Below are positions 28,492 to 38,876 of a stretch of 64,000 nt of DNA, one piece after another (position 1 is the first letter of the stretch; the number at the start of each line of letters is the position of its first letter). The position numbers and the translations under genes were made by a program. Below the pieces are notes generated by a model that was not told where the DNA came from, made no database searches, and saw only the letters and a program-made list of their open reading frames with translations. The stretch lies in the sequence record MW349129.1; one strand, 5' to 3'.

Positions 28492-28746
28492 GTGGATAAT
28501 AATAATAATGTAAGTAGTAAAATCAATAAAAATCAATTACAAACAGCAATGAATAATATGACTAAAAATATAAATGGTATAAGTAGAAAGATAACAGGAC
28601 AAGATAAAATTGATGAAATTAATAAACTTAAAAGAGAAAATGAAGAATTACATCGTTTTCTCTTTAAGATCTATCAAGATGATGATTTTGATAGAAGAGA
28701 ATTGAAGAAAATTATATTTAAAGATGTAAATAAAAAATTTAAATAA
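28492..28746 (+). CDS. Small coiled-coil protein with C-terminal tag (VNKKFK)
   Basis: SD, GTG start, operon packing. Confidence 0.75.
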   Translation: MDNNNNVSSKINKNQLQTAMNNMTKNINGISRKITGQDKIDEINKLKRENEELHRFLFKIYQDDDFDRRELKKIIFKDVNKKFK

Positions 28747-28748
28747 GG

Positions 28749-28955
28749 GTGATTAATTTGAATTCAGATATCCGAATAGATAGAAGTGGTCTTTATATAC
28801 AATCTAATGAGAAGCAGATGAAGGGGCAAATTAAAATTATAGAAGAGAACAAAAAATTAAAAGATTTTATTATTGGTATTAAAAATAATGGTGGTTATGA
28901 TGAAAAGGAATTAAATAAAATAGTAAATGAAATTGTTAAGGAGAATTTAAAATAA
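28749..28955 (+). CDS. Small protein with C-terminal tag (VKENLK)
   Basis: Tightly packed ORF. Confidence 0.7.
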   Translation: MINLNSDIRIDRSGLYIQSNEKQMKGQIKIIEENKKLKDFIIGIKNNGGYDEKELNKIVNEIVKENLK

Positions 28956-29410
28956 TGTCAAATGAAAAAGTTATTGCTAAAGAATTAACTTTAGATCAAA
29001 AAATTAAAATGTTAGAACCAAAGATAGATGAAGAGACTTATTTAAGACCATTAAGTCAAGTAGATGAATCTTTTTATAATGAGGTTATTAAAGATGAATT
29101 AATTGAGAAAATTAATAATGAAGACCATAAATTTGAAAATAATTTTGATTATCATATATTTAAAAACGGACCAATACAATTACTAGGTTTCATTTATAAA
29201 TTTGAATTTAATGAAAATGCAGTAAACGTTAAAAAAGAAAAACCTAATGAAGGTAATATCTATTTTGGAAGCTTTATATTAAATAATAAAAATAAAAAAG
29301 ATGATTCAATATATTTACTTAGAGTTGATAGCAGCTTAGTTGATTTCAGTATATTAGAAAATAAAAAATATAAAGAATTTGGTAGAAACTTATTTAAATT
29401 AATTAAATAG
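28955..29410 (+). CDS. Hypothetical protein (ends RNLFKLIK)
   Basis: TAATG coupling with the previous gene. Confidence 0.8.
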   Translation: MSNEKVIAKELTLDQKIKMLEPKIDEETYLRPLSQVDESFYNEVIKDELIEKINNEDHKFENNFDYHIFKNGPIQLLGFIYKFEFNENAVNVKKEKPNEGNIYFGSFILNNKNKKDDSIYLLRVDSSLVDFSILENKKYKEFGRNLFKLIK

Positions 29411-29421
29411 GAGTGATATAA

Positions 29422-29700
29422 ATGGATAAAGAAATCGAAGATTTAGCAGGAAAAATAAATAATCTAGAAATTGACCTTAAAGGGATGAATTACAGATTAT
29501 CTAATGATAAACAAGTTATTGATTTTGAAATAAATAAAATTAATGAATATATTAAATTTTTACATGAAGAAAATCAAAGCATCAAAAAAGAAAATATGTT
29601 GTTAAAAGAAGCAATAGTGTCTATTTCTAAACATACAGAATTTAAGAATGATTATATAAATAAATTGTCTAAAGAAATTGTTAAAGAAAATTTTAAATAA
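29422..29700 (+). CDS. Small coiled-coil protein with C-terminal tag (VKENFK)
   Basis: AGGAG SD. Confidence 0.8.
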   Translation: MDKEIEDLAGKINNLEIDLKGMNYRLSNDKQVIDFEINKINEYIKFLHEENQSIKKENMLLKEAIVSISKHTEFKNDYINKLSKEIVKENFK

Positions 29701-29720
29701 TAAAGAGATGTGATTTTATT

Positions 29721-29996
29721 TTGAATAATGAAAAAAGTTTAATTAATCGTATGGAAGAATTAGAAGAACGTACTAGAATGAATGAAATTAAATTAAATAC
29801 TATGAAAGATAATTATCATTATTTAAATGACATTATAGGTACATTAATTAATAGAATAGAAAATTCTAATCAAACTAATGAAAAGAAATTGGATGAAGTA
29901 AGATTAGAATTAGTTCGTCTTTCTAACGAATTAAATTCACATTCTGAAGTAACTAAAAAGTATCTAAAGAATTTTATCAGAGATAATCTTAAGTAA
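29721..29996 (+). CDS. Small coiled-coil protein with C-terminal tag (IRDNLK)
   Basis: ORF within the packed array. Confidence 0.7.
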   Translation: MNNEKSLINRMEELEERTRMNEIKLNTMKDNYHYLNDIIGTLINRIENSNQTNEKKLDEVRLELVRLSNELNSHSEVTKKYLKNFIRDNLK

Positions 29997-30001
29997 AGGG
30001 A

Positions 30002-30283
30002 ATGAAGTGTATGAATGCTATTAAAAGAATAATTGGTTCAGATGAATTTATTAATACTGTAAAGAAAACTATAGCTAGAACTAAGAAAGCAGAAGAGAAA
30101 TTTTATGATTTAAATAATAGAGTTGATAAAGCTTTATCTTTGGCTAATAAAGTTGTTGAAGATAATAAAGAAAAAGAAAGACAAATTAAAGAACTAAAAG
30201 AAGCTTTATCTAAAGAGAAAATTAATAACAGAAGTATAAAATCTCGATATAATAATCTACTATATAAAAATGGGGGAAAATAA
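30002..30283 (+). CDS. Small coiled-coil protein
   Basis: AAAGGG SD; heptad pattern. Confidence 0.75.
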   Translation: MKCMNAIKRIIGSDEFINTVKKTIARTKKAEEKFYDLNNRVDKALSLANKVVEDNKEKERQIKELKEALSKEKINNRSIKSRYNNLLYKNGGK

Positions 30284-30288
30284 TAATT

Positions 30289-30516
30289 ATGAATCCAGAT
30301 ATCAATTTTAATGATAATGGTAAATCTATGGATGAACTATATTCAAGGATACAACTTAGAGCAGCTAAACAAGTAGAAAAAGATATATTGAAAGATAATG
30401 AAGAATATTTTCTAGAAAAAGAAGTAAAAGAACTTAGAGAGCTTGTTTTTGAAGTAGCTAAAAAATATGACGTTAAAGAAATAAAAGATTATTTAGTTAG
30501 AAAAAATATGAAATAA
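30289..30516 (+). CDS. Small protein with C-terminal tag (IKDYLVRKNMK)
   Basis: GGGGGA SD. Confidence 0.8.
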   Translation: MNPDINFNDNGKSMDELYSRIQLRAAKQVEKDILKDNEEYFLEKEVKELRELVFEVAKKYDVKEIKDYLVRKNMK

Positions 30517-30542
30517 AGATTTAAGAAAAGAGTTGAATAAAA

Positions 30543-30734
30543 ATGGCTGAAAACGAACCTGATATTCTTAAAACAATTGAGAAAGTAACCAATGAAATTC
30601 TAGATAAAAATAAAGAATTAAAAAATGAGAATTTGGAACTTAAAGAATTGATATTGGATATTTCTAAAGATCATAATATAGTAGACAAACGTATAACTGA
30701 AATAAAAGTTGATCTAGCAAAAAATATGAGGTAA
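30543..30734 (+). CDS. Small coiled-coil protein with C-terminal tag (LAKNMR)
   Basis: ORF ends at a bidirectional terminator. Confidence 0.75.
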   Translation: MAENEPDILKTIEKVTNEILDKNKELKNENLELKELILDISKDHNIVDKRITEIKVDLAKNMR

Positions 30735-30758
30735 TGACATTAATTTGTCATTACCTCA
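30727..30758. terminator. Bidirectional terminator
   Basis: TGAGGTAATGACA-TTAATT-TGTCATTACCTCA between convergent genes. Confidence 0.8.
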
Positions 30759-30770
30759 ATTATACTGCTT

Positions 30771-32999
30771 TTAGTTATCATATTTATCTTTGTATTCATA
30801 GTAGCTATCAAATTGAACTTCTAAACCTGAGAAAGCTGAAATGAATCCCATTCTGCCTTCCATATTGATGTTTTCAATATCTTTAAAATCAACATCTGGT
30901 TTACGATAATTGAAATTCTTATTTTTGTCTATAAATATTCTAATTCTATTTTCATTTTTAATAATCTTAATATACTTGTTATTAATATCTAATGGAACAT
31001 GATTAGTTAAGAATAATTGTTTTTCTGATTCATCTTGGAATATTTCTTTAGGTTTCCCAAATACTTTATCAATTTCATAGAATCCAGTTTTCATGATACG
31101 GTCAGGATCTGTCATTACATCTTCATCATTCAAATCAAAGTAAGGAACATCCCAATTTTCTTGTTGAGAGGCTATCCAAAGCATATAACCTGAATTGAGT
31201 TGAGTGTTATAATCGAATACGATTCCCGCTCCACCAGTTTTATTTTTATTAATTACTTTAAATGTCATAATGTAATTTTTAGGGAATTTAAAGTTCTGGC
31301 TATAAACATAGTTCAATGCATCGTCATCAAATTTAGTTGTTCCTTCTATGAAGCTAATATAACCATAATTACCTAACGATTGTTTAGATAAAGTTTTATT
31401 ATAAAATCCGGTATAAGTTTGAGTTTCCACAGGAAACGTACCGTATGATCTTAATGCAACTATCATAGGATTAAAGTATATTCCTGATCTACTTTCATCA
31501 TAGAAATAATCAGAACCATCTGGATTTTTAAGTGAATAATTATACTCCAACTCAACTGTATACCAATCTTCTTTAGTTACAATAAATGTATTATCAAATT
31601 CTTCATGACTAATTCCAGCTATTTCAAATTCATCTAAACTAACTTGAATTATTTCATTTGGATCAACGTCATCAACAAAATTTGTTAATTTGACTTCTAT
31701 TTCCATTTTCTTAATATTCTTCATATTGTACATCATATGTTTAAGATATGATTTTTGACCTTGAGTATTATAATTTTTATTATTTGAAGGGAATATATTT
31801 TCTACTTTTCTGACTTTACCTGTATTTGATGTTAATGTGATATCATAAACTAATTTAGCTGTAGGATGATTATTATCTTTAAAGTTAGTTGAATATCCCA
31901 TATTAAACGCAAAGAAATCATAATTTAATAAACGTTTAATATTCATTCTAGGATTTTCATTTTCATCATCTAAAGTTATCTTAACAAATGATGCAGAATT
32001 TTCATCTTCTTTATCAGATTTACTTAAAATATCTCCTTTAACTTCATATAATCCAGTTTCTTGATTAAAGCTTACTGAAGATAATCTTGTTGATTCAAGA
32101 TTAGAATGACTTACATCTTCATCATTAGCTTTTCTTAAGTCAAATATAGCTGTAGGTGCTTTAAATTGATAGTTCTCTGTAGCATTGATTATATTAAAAC
32201 CTTTTCTGTCTGTTATTTTTAATTTAGATGTACCATTTTGTAAAGGTGCAAATAAATATTTCTCTCCTGGTTTAAAGTACATTTTACCCTGAAATTTACG
32301 TGAAAAACCTTTTTTGTAAAATAAGTGTGGTAGAGTTTTCAAGCCATCATTATTAAGTGTAAATGGTTCTACTAAATCTTTATTATCTGTATCAGGTCTA
32401 TAGAATTTATGCTCATGAACTTCATGTCTTTCTCTTAGATATCTATCAGAAGTGATATTCTCTAATTTATCTTCAAAATCTGTTTCAGGTACAAATGGTA
32501 TAATTCTAGGATCGTTATATCCCGGAGTAACTCTACCTGATTTTTCTTCAGTACTTTTCATCATGTGTTTAAAAATAGGTTTAGGATTATTTTCAGTACC
32601 TAATATTTCATTTTCTTCATTAATAATCTTATTTAAATTATTAATGACAGTCTCTGGAAAAATTTTTACAGTATCTGTATTAAATTGATCTACTGTTTGC
32701 ATATCATTAACGAAAAGTAAAAGATACCAAAGATCAGTAGTACCATATAATTCATTAGATAAATATTCAGGTCTATAGTGATATGATTTTGATAAATCAT
32801 AATCTATTAAATCTCGTTTAAGTACATTTTCATATTTTTTTAGTAATGGTAAACTAAAGACAGCTTGTTTTTCAAATAAATACCATTCTGATATATTATT
32901 AAGTAATATTTTATTCGTCTTGGAGTATCCTATTTCATCAGACATTTCAGGTACATCATTTCTACCCATATTGTTATTTCCTACGTCACGAATAAGCAA
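30771..32999 (-). CDS. Baseplate wedge (T4 gp53/LysM-like) protein with a C-terminal lectin-like beta-sandwich
   Basis: YRPEYLSNELYGTTDLWYLLLFVN; C-terminal GAGIVF..RIRIFID..GRMGF..VQFDS. Confidence 0.65.
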   Translation of the reverse strand: MLIRDVGNNNMGRNDVPEMSDEIGYSKTNKILLNNISEWYLFEKQAVFSLPLLKKYENVLKRDLIDYDLSKSYHYRPEYLSNELYGTTDLWYLLLFVNDMQTVDQFNTDTVKIFPETVINNLNKIINEENEILGTENNPKPIFKHMMKSTEEKSGRVTPGYNDPRIIPFVPETDFEDKLENITSDRYLRERHEVHEHKFYRPDTDNKDLVEPFTLNNDGLKTLPHLFYKKGFSRKFQGKMYFKPGEKYLFAPLQNGTSKLKITDRKGFNIINATENYQFKAPTAIFDLRKANDEDVSHSNLESTRLSSVSFNQETGLYEVKGDILSKSDKEDENSASFVKITLDDENENPRMNIKRLLNYDFFAFNMGYSTNFKDNNHPTAKLVYDITLTSNTGKVRKVENIFPSNNKNYNTQGQKSYLKHMMYNMKNIKKMEIEVKLTNFVDDVDPNEIIQVSLDEFEIAGISHEEFDNTFIVTKEDWYTVELEYNYSLKNPDGSDYFYDESRSGIYFNPMIVALRSYGTFPVETQTYTGFYNKTLSKQSLGNYGYISFIEGTTKFDDDALNYVYSQNFKFPKNYIMTFKVINKNKTGGAGIVFDYNTQLNSGYMLWIASQQENWDVPYFDLNDEDVMTDPDRIMKTGFYEIDKVFGKPKEIFQDESEKQLFLTNHVPLDINNKYIKIIKNENRIRIFIDKNKNFNYRKPDVDFKDIENINMEGRMGFISAFSGLEVQFDSYYEYKDKYDN

Positions 33000-33032
33000 G
33001 ATTATTTCACTTCCATTCTTATTTTGTTATAA

Positions 33033-33044
33033 TAAATGCATGTT
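33033..33044 (-). promoter_or_regulatory. Putative late promoter
   Basis: Minus strand AACA-TGCATT-TA. Confidence 0.6.
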
Positions 33045-33096
33045 AAAGTTCAAGTGACCATATTAATAAAAAACTAAAAATTTCAACTAATAATTT

Positions 33097-33116
33097 AAAT
33101 ATATATTATTTTAATG
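33097..33116 (+). promoter_or_regulatory. Putative early promoter
   Basis: AAATATATATTAT-TTTAAT-G plus hairpin. Confidence 0.7.
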
Positions 33117-33182
33117 AGATTGAGATAAATTAATCTTAATACTCAAAAATAAAAATTGTTAATTATAAGGAGAGATTTGGAT

Positions 33183-34727
33183 ATGGCAAAAGTAAAATAC
33201 TCACAAACAAAATTATTGGTAAGAGCAGCATTTAGATCAGATGAAATTATCAACGTAGTTGGTGATGGAGGAATTGGTAAAACACAAATGATGAGAGATA
33301 TTGCTGAAGAAGATAATATGAACTTCATTACAATTGCTGCAAATAACTTAAAAGAAGGGGAATTATCTTTACCAATGTTATCACAAAAAGATAATGAAGT
33401 TATCTATGCTCCAATGGATAAAATTAAGTTAGCTAATAGTCTTTTTGATAGATATAAAGAATATCAAAGAGAAGGTGGAAAACAATATTCACGTAAAGAC
33501 CTTTCTTTAAAATCTGTTGATGAATTAAAAGAAATTTATGTGAAATTGACTGGTAAAGATATTGTTGATTATTATGAGGATACTCATGAAAACTATGTTA
33601 ATAAAGTATTTAACAAAGCTAGAGTTAAAAATGTTAAATATAGTAAAAATGATTTAATGAAAAAATCATTTGACGAGTTAGATGAAATTTATACAGAATT
33701 AACAGGTAAAGAATTAAGAGATAAAATTGGTAAAGGTTTCTATATCAAAGAAATTTTAGAAGCAGTTCCAAGACCTTATACTCTATTATTCATTGATGAG
33801 ATTGGTCGTACAGACCAACAAGTACAATCAGAGTTAATGAACTTCTTATTAGAACGTCAAGTAAACGGTTATCATTTACCACCTAATGTTAAAATCGCAC
33901 TAGCACAAAACCCATCTTCAGATATGCCGGGATTTGAAGATTCAGAATATGCAGCAACTTCTATGGATAACGCTGTAAGTTCACGTATCACATTTGTGCA
34001 CATGATTCCAGATATTGAAAGTTGGGTAGACTTTGCTACTAAATATAAAGATGGTTCAGAAAAGCAAAATATTCATCCATCTATTGTTGAGTTTGTAACT
34101 GAAAAAGAGAGTACTGAATACTTATTCAGACCTCAAAAAGAAGCTGGTAAAGATTTCAATGATACGAATCCACGTTCTTGGGAAATGATCTCTAACATGC
34201 TATATGTATTAGAAGAAGATGACATGTTTAAATTCTCTAATAGAGAAGAAGAGAAACGTAAGAAGAAAGATACTTTACAATTCTTCACTGAAGGTAAAAT
34301 TAATAGTGATTTAGCAAACTTATTTGTTAAATTCTATATTGAGAAACAAGCTAAATTACCTCGTCCAAGTGATATTCTATTTGAATATGATAAAGGTAAA
34401 ATGGTTCCTCGTAAAGAATTAGCTAAACAGCATATTGAAGTTATTGAAAGTCAATCAACTATTAGACAGTTAACATTGAAAACTTCAATGATTAACTACT
34501 TAAAAAATAATCCTGATTTAGCTGAAGAGCAAGTTATTCAAATTGCTGTAGAAGCTTTATTATTAGGTAAAGTTGAAACTAATGCTACACCAATTAGATT
34601 AATTTCTAGACTTTCAGAATCTACTGAAGAGTCAGACCAAGAATTATATGAGAAATTCACTGATAACGAACTATACAGTGACAAAGCATTTGCACTATAC
34701 GAACAAATGGTAGGAAGTTTAGGATAA
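33183..34727 (+). CDS. MoxR-like AAA+ ATPase
   Basis: GDGGIGKT, LLFIDE, SSRITF, NPRSWE; AAGGAG SD favours ATG 33183. Confidence 0.85.
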   Translation: MAKVKYSQTKLLVRAAFRSDEIINVVGDGGIGKTQMMRDIAEEDNMNFITIAANNLKEGELSLPMLSQKDNEVIYAPMDKIKLANSLFDRYKEYQREGGKQYSRKDLSLKSVDELKEIYVKLTGKDIVDYYEDTHENYVNKVFNKARVKNVKYSKNDLMKKSFDELDEIYTELTGKELRDKIGKGFYIKEILEAVPRPYTLLFIDEIGRTDQQVQSELMNFLLERQVNGYHLPPNVKIALAQNPSSDMPGFEDSEYAATSMDNAVSSRITFVHMIPDIESWVDFATKYKDGSEKQNIHPSIVEFVTEKESTEYLFRPQKEAGKDFNDTNPRSWEMISNMLYVLEEDDMFKFSNREEEKRKKKDTLQFFTEGKINSDLANLFVKFYIEKQAKLPRPSDILFEYDKGKMVPRKELAKQHIEVIESQSTIRQLTLKTSMINYLKNNPDLAEEQVIQIAVEALLLGKVETNATPIRLISRLSESTEESDQELYEKFTDNELYSDKAFALYEQMVGSLG

Positions 34728-34735
34728 CAATTATA

Positions 34736-34764
34736 GATAATGGAGATTATTAGTCTCCATTATC
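34736..34764 (+). terminator. Intergenic stem-loop
   Basis: GATAATGGAGA / TCTCCATTATC. Confidence 0.6.
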
Positions 34765-34791
34765 TTCATTTATTTTTTTATAATTAGGAGA

Positions 34792-36729
34792 GTGAATTTG
34801 ATAATGAATGATAATAGAACAATTAAAGTAATTAGAAAAGAAATATTAGATGAGGTACAGGAATCAATTGTAAATGATAGACAATTAGATAAAAAGAAAT
34901 TAACGAAGCTTGGAGAAGAATTAATTGAAAATAGTATTTTTGTTTTGTATACTTCTGATGTTGATATTTATGGAGTAATGTTAATGACTGTAGAAAAGAT
35001 CATTGATATTGAAATTCCAGAACCAACTTTCTCAGTATTTGATGAAGAAAAAGGTTATAAGATTGGTATTAATCCAGTATTATTAGCTACTATGGTTGAT
35101 AAAGATGAAGAAATAGTTTCTATGTTCCTGCATGAAGTTATACATGTAGCTCATGGACATTTAATTGAATTTAGAATGTTAAGAAATAAAGAAGACTCTC
35201 AATTAAAAATGTTAAGTCATTTGGGAATGGATTTATCAGTATTTGAAATTGAAGAGGACTTCCAATTAGGTAAACGTGAAGCTAATACAAGTAAGAAAGT
35301 TTTACCTGAAATTGCACCTAATGTAGATAAGATTGAAAAATATATTCAAGATAGATTTAATAAAACAGATTTTAAATTAAATCATAATGATGCTTCTCAT
35401 TATTATATTAAACAATTAGTAGATATCTACAAAGAGAATAATGAAGAAGATATGTTTGATTCTATGGGTGAATCTATGCAAAATATGATTCAAGAGGCTT
35501 CAGAAAAACAAAATGAACGTGATGAAGATTCATTGAATGAAGAAAACGAAATGTTGAAAGGTATGTTAGAAGATTTAAAAGATATTGAAGATAAAAATGA
35601 TTTATCTAGTAAATTAGAAGATAACAAACTAGAAGAAAATAAAGTTGATGATTTTGAAAATAAAGCTCAAGAGTATATCAATAAATTAGATGAAATGAAT
35701 CAAAATGATGAAGATAACAGTAATGATACTCAAAATCAAAAAGATATAGAAGAGAAAATGAATGATTTACTAGATTTAATGAGAAATAATACTTCAGATA
35801 ATAAATTTAATAATAAAGATAATAGTGATTTATCTGATAAAATACAAGAAATGAAATCAGATATACTAAATCAAATGATTCAGAATAATATGCAACAAGG
35901 TTCTCAAGGTATGCAAGGTGAAGATGGTGGAATGCAAGGAGGACAAAATGTATCTGATATGGGAAGTAATATGACTATGTCATCTTCTTTAGATGGAAAT
36001 TCTAAACATGCAGATAAGTTTGATTCTAATCCTCTTGAAGGAGACGCTACAGAGGAAAGAATGAAAGACCAATTGTACGACTTATTAGAAAGTGCTAGTA
36101 GTAATAGTCGTGGTGACACACCTGCTCATATTAAAGAACAAATTGAAATTCTAAAACGTAAACCTAAGATTAAATGGCAAGATTATCTTAAAGCTAAAGT
36201 AGGTAAAAAACGTTCTTCTAGTACGAAAACTATTCTAAGAAGAAATAGAAGACAACCTTATCGTAGTGATGTACGTGGAACTTTACCTGGTAGAAAATTA
36301 GGTAAAGTATTTGCAGCTATCGATACTTCAGGTTCAATGGGTAGAAATGAGATTGAAGAAATTATTGCTGAATTGTATTATATTAGTAGTGATATGAAAA
36401 TTGATTTAGTTTTATTATTCTTCTCAACTGATGTTGAAGAAGTAGTTGAAGTAACTAGACCAAATCAATTTAATGATTATGTAATGGGTCGTGGTGGAAC
36501 TTACTTCAGTTCTGTATTTAACTTCTTAAATGAAACTGATAACAAACGTAAATATTCAGTATCAAAAGATGATACATTATTATTCTTCTCAGATGGGTTT
36601 GGAGAACCTGAAGTAGAATACGGTGTATTAACTGATGTTGTTTGGGTTATCACTGAAGATGAAAATAATCTTTCAGTCAGAGATCCAAAAGGTAAAGTAT
36701 TGAAATTAGAAGTAGACAATAATAGATAA
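34792..36729 (+). CDS. vWA-domain protein with N-terminal HExxH metallopeptidase-like domain (DUF2201-like)
   Basis: LHEVIHVAHGH; AIDTSGSM MIDAS; GRGGT; FFSDGFG; the true start may be a few codons downstream. Confidence 0.82.
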   Translation: MNLIMNDNRTIKVIRKEILDEVQESIVNDRQLDKKKLTKLGEELIENSIFVLYTSDVDIYGVMLMTVEKIIDIEIPEPTFSVFDEEKGYKIGINPVLLATMVDKDEEIVSMFLHEVIHVAHGHLIEFRMLRNKEDSQLKMLSHLGMDLSVFEIEEDFQLGKREANTSKKVLPEIAPNVDKIEKYIQDRFNKTDFKLNHNDASHYYIKQLVDIYKENNEEDMFDSMGESMQNMIQEASEKQNERDEDSLNEENEMLKGMLEDLKDIEDKNDLSSKLEDNKLEENKVDDFENKAQEYINKLDEMNQNDEDNSNDTQNQKDIEEKMNDLLDLMRNNTSDNKFNNKDNSDLSDKIQEMKSDILNQMIQNNMQQGSQGMQGEDGGMQGGQNVSDMGSNMTMSSSLDGNSKHADKFDSNPLEGDATEERMKDQLYDLLESASSNSRGDTPAHIKEQIEILKRKPKIKWQDYLKAKVGKKRSSSTKTILRRNRRQPYRSDVRGTLPGRKLGKVFAAIDTSGSMGRNEIEEIIAELYYISSDMKIDLVLLFFSTDVEEVVEVTRPNQFNDYVMGRGGTYFSSVFNFLNETDNKRKYSVSKDDTLLFFSDGFGEPEVEYGVLTDVVWVITEDENNLSVRDPKGKVLKLEVDNNR

Positions 36730-36737
36730 TTTAAATT

Positions 36738-36769
36738 ACGTCAATGGATATTAATTTATCCATTGACGT
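36738..36769 (+). terminator. Stem-loop/terminator
   Basis: ACGTCAATGGATA-TTAATT-TATCCATTGACGT. Confidence 0.75.
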
Positions 36770-36806
36770 TTATATTTAAAATTTTTTACTTAAAGGAGAT
36801 TAAACA

Positions 36807-38876
36807 ATGTTAAAAAAGACTACAGAAAATGAATTAGAAAAGTTATTTAATGTCACTATTTATAATAAAGAATTTTCTAATTTGAAACCTATGTATAATA
36901 GAAAAGATACAGAAACTAGAACTAAATTAAATGATAATCAAAACTCTAGAGTGTATGAGAATTTAATAAATTTCATTAATTATTCTAAAGCAGGAATGAC
37001 TCATATGTTTTTAACTCGTTCTAATAAATATAAAGGTAAATATATTGATTTCCTAAAAAATAGACTTGGTAAAGAAGATTTATTATATAAGAATGAATAT
37101 GACTATACAGATAGATTTTTCAGATCTTTTATATACAATATAGATATAATTAGTAGAAGTGAATATCAAACACATCAATCTATAGAAAATGACTCTAAAT
37201 TAGAAGATTCTTTCTTATTAAGAAATGGAAATTCAAGTATTGACAGTTTTAAAACAGATAATGGATTATCTATAGAATTTTTAGATAAAGATGTAAAGAA
37301 AGATTTCTTAGACAAAAACAAGCAAATTAGTTTAGAATCTTTACTAGCTATTGATACAATGGTATCTAATTCATTAAGAAAGAAATGGATAAAATCAATT
37401 GAACGTGAAGAATTACCTGATATGAATATTATATTTAAAGAAGTTCCAGAAGTTGTAATTATATTAGCTAATAGTATATATGATGGATCAGGCTTCAGAT
37501 TATCACACATAGATAGAAGTGTTATTAATATAAATGAAGATGTTTCAGATGTTTTAAAACCAATATTAACTTTAACATCTAATATCAATTATAAATTAAT
37601 ATTGGATTTAATGAATAAAGATCATTTAGACGAAAAATCAAAACATTTAAAAAATAATGAATTTTGTTTATTTGACGATGATGATATTGATGCCGCATTT
37701 ACTATAATCGGAAATATTAAAAGACAAACAGATCACATTAATAATTTTATAGAAGAAGGTAAATCAGATAATCTAGAAGATAATATTAATTTAATAATTA
37801 AAGAAAATGAAAATGAAGTAGATGATAATTTTGGAGAAATAATAAAAGTTTATATTGATAGAGTATTATCTAAATTTAGAGAATATGTTAAAGATGATAC
37901 CGATATATTAAAAAATTCATCTAAGATTTTAATAGGTGAAGATTTATTTGATTTCCTTATGAAATTAGATGACCTCGAAATTTTGATGGTTAGAAATATA
38001 TACAGAGTTTTAGATAATAATTTATATAATCCTGTAATCAGAGATGTTAGAGAATCAAAAGAAGAAGTTATGAATGAAATAACAGATTATTTTAAAAATA
38101 ACACTAAGAAATTATATTTAGATTTATCTAATATCGATATAAGTAAATTGAAAGATAGTTCTTTTGCATTATTAAATGATTTCATAACAAATGGAGAAGT
38201 AAATAACCTTCGTATGAAGCCTAATGAATTTAATATGGAGTATTTCTATCAATTAAGTATGGGTAAAGAATTAAACCGTGACATATTAAATAGTAATATA
38301 CAATATATGAAGCAAGAATTATTAGAAAATTTTAATGTTGAATCTAAAACAACTTCCAATGCTATTATTGAATTTGATAGCTTTAATATTAATTTTGCTG
38401 TAATAGAAAATAATTCATATAATAATGAAGTAGAAATAATGATGCAAGGAGTTACTTTTAAGAAAAAATTAACTGATGAAGATATTGCTACTATCTTTTT
38501 ATATTCACATAAAGAAGTTAGTATATACCACGACAAAAAATTGGTTATCATGGATAGAAATTATTACTCTAGAAGAGGTATAAATAAATTTATAAATAAT
38601 ATGAATAATATCTTTACTGATTTAGATGGGGAAAGTTTATCTAAATATATGTCTTTAATTTATGATTTGTTATCTTTATCAGATAATTCTCTTGAAGAAA
38701 ATAAAGAAATTTATAATACTTTATATTATAATAAATTTGAATATATTAATGAAGAAAATGAATTAAAAATCGATAGTTATATTAATATAATTAATAATAA
38801 AGATATAACATCTGATTTTAAAAAGAAATTTAAAAAGGTAAGATCTAAGTATTTAGTTTCTAGAATATTTATTTAA
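36807..38876 (+). CDS. Hypothetical protein (689 aa), tag-like end VSRIFI
   Basis: AAAGGAG SD, long ORF. Confidence 0.85.
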   Translation: MLKKTTENELEKLFNVTIYNKEFSNLKPMYNRKDTETRTKLNDNQNSRVYENLINFINYSKAGMTHMFLTRSNKYKGKYIDFLKNRLGKEDLLYKNEYDYTDRFFRSFIYNIDIISRSEYQTHQSIENDSKLEDSFLLRNGNSSIDSFKTDNGLSIEFLDKDVKKDFLDKNKQISLESLLAIDTMVSNSLRKKWIKSIEREELPDMNIIFKEVPEVVIILANSIYDGSGFRLSHIDRSVININEDVSDVLKPILTLTSNINYKLILDLMNKDHLDEKSKHLKNNEFCLFDDDDIDAAFTIIGNIKRQTDHINNFIEEGKSDNLEDNINLIIKENENEVDDNFGEIIKVYIDRVLSKFREYVKDDTDILKNSSKILIGEDLFDFLMKLDDLEILMVRNIYRVLDNNLYNPVIRDVRESKEEVMNEITDYFKNNTKKLYLDLSNIDISKLKDSSFALLNDFITNGEVNNLRMKPNEFNMEYFYQLSMGKELNRDILNSNIQYMKQELLENFNVESKTTSNAIIEFDSFNINFAVIENNSYNNEVEIMMQGVTFKKKLTDEDIATIFLYSHKEVSIYHDKKLVIMDRNYYSRRGINKFINNMNNIFTDLDGESLSKYMSLIYDLLSLSDNSLEENKEIYNTLYYNKFEYINEENELKIDSYINIINNKDITSDFKKKFKKVRSKYLVSRIFI

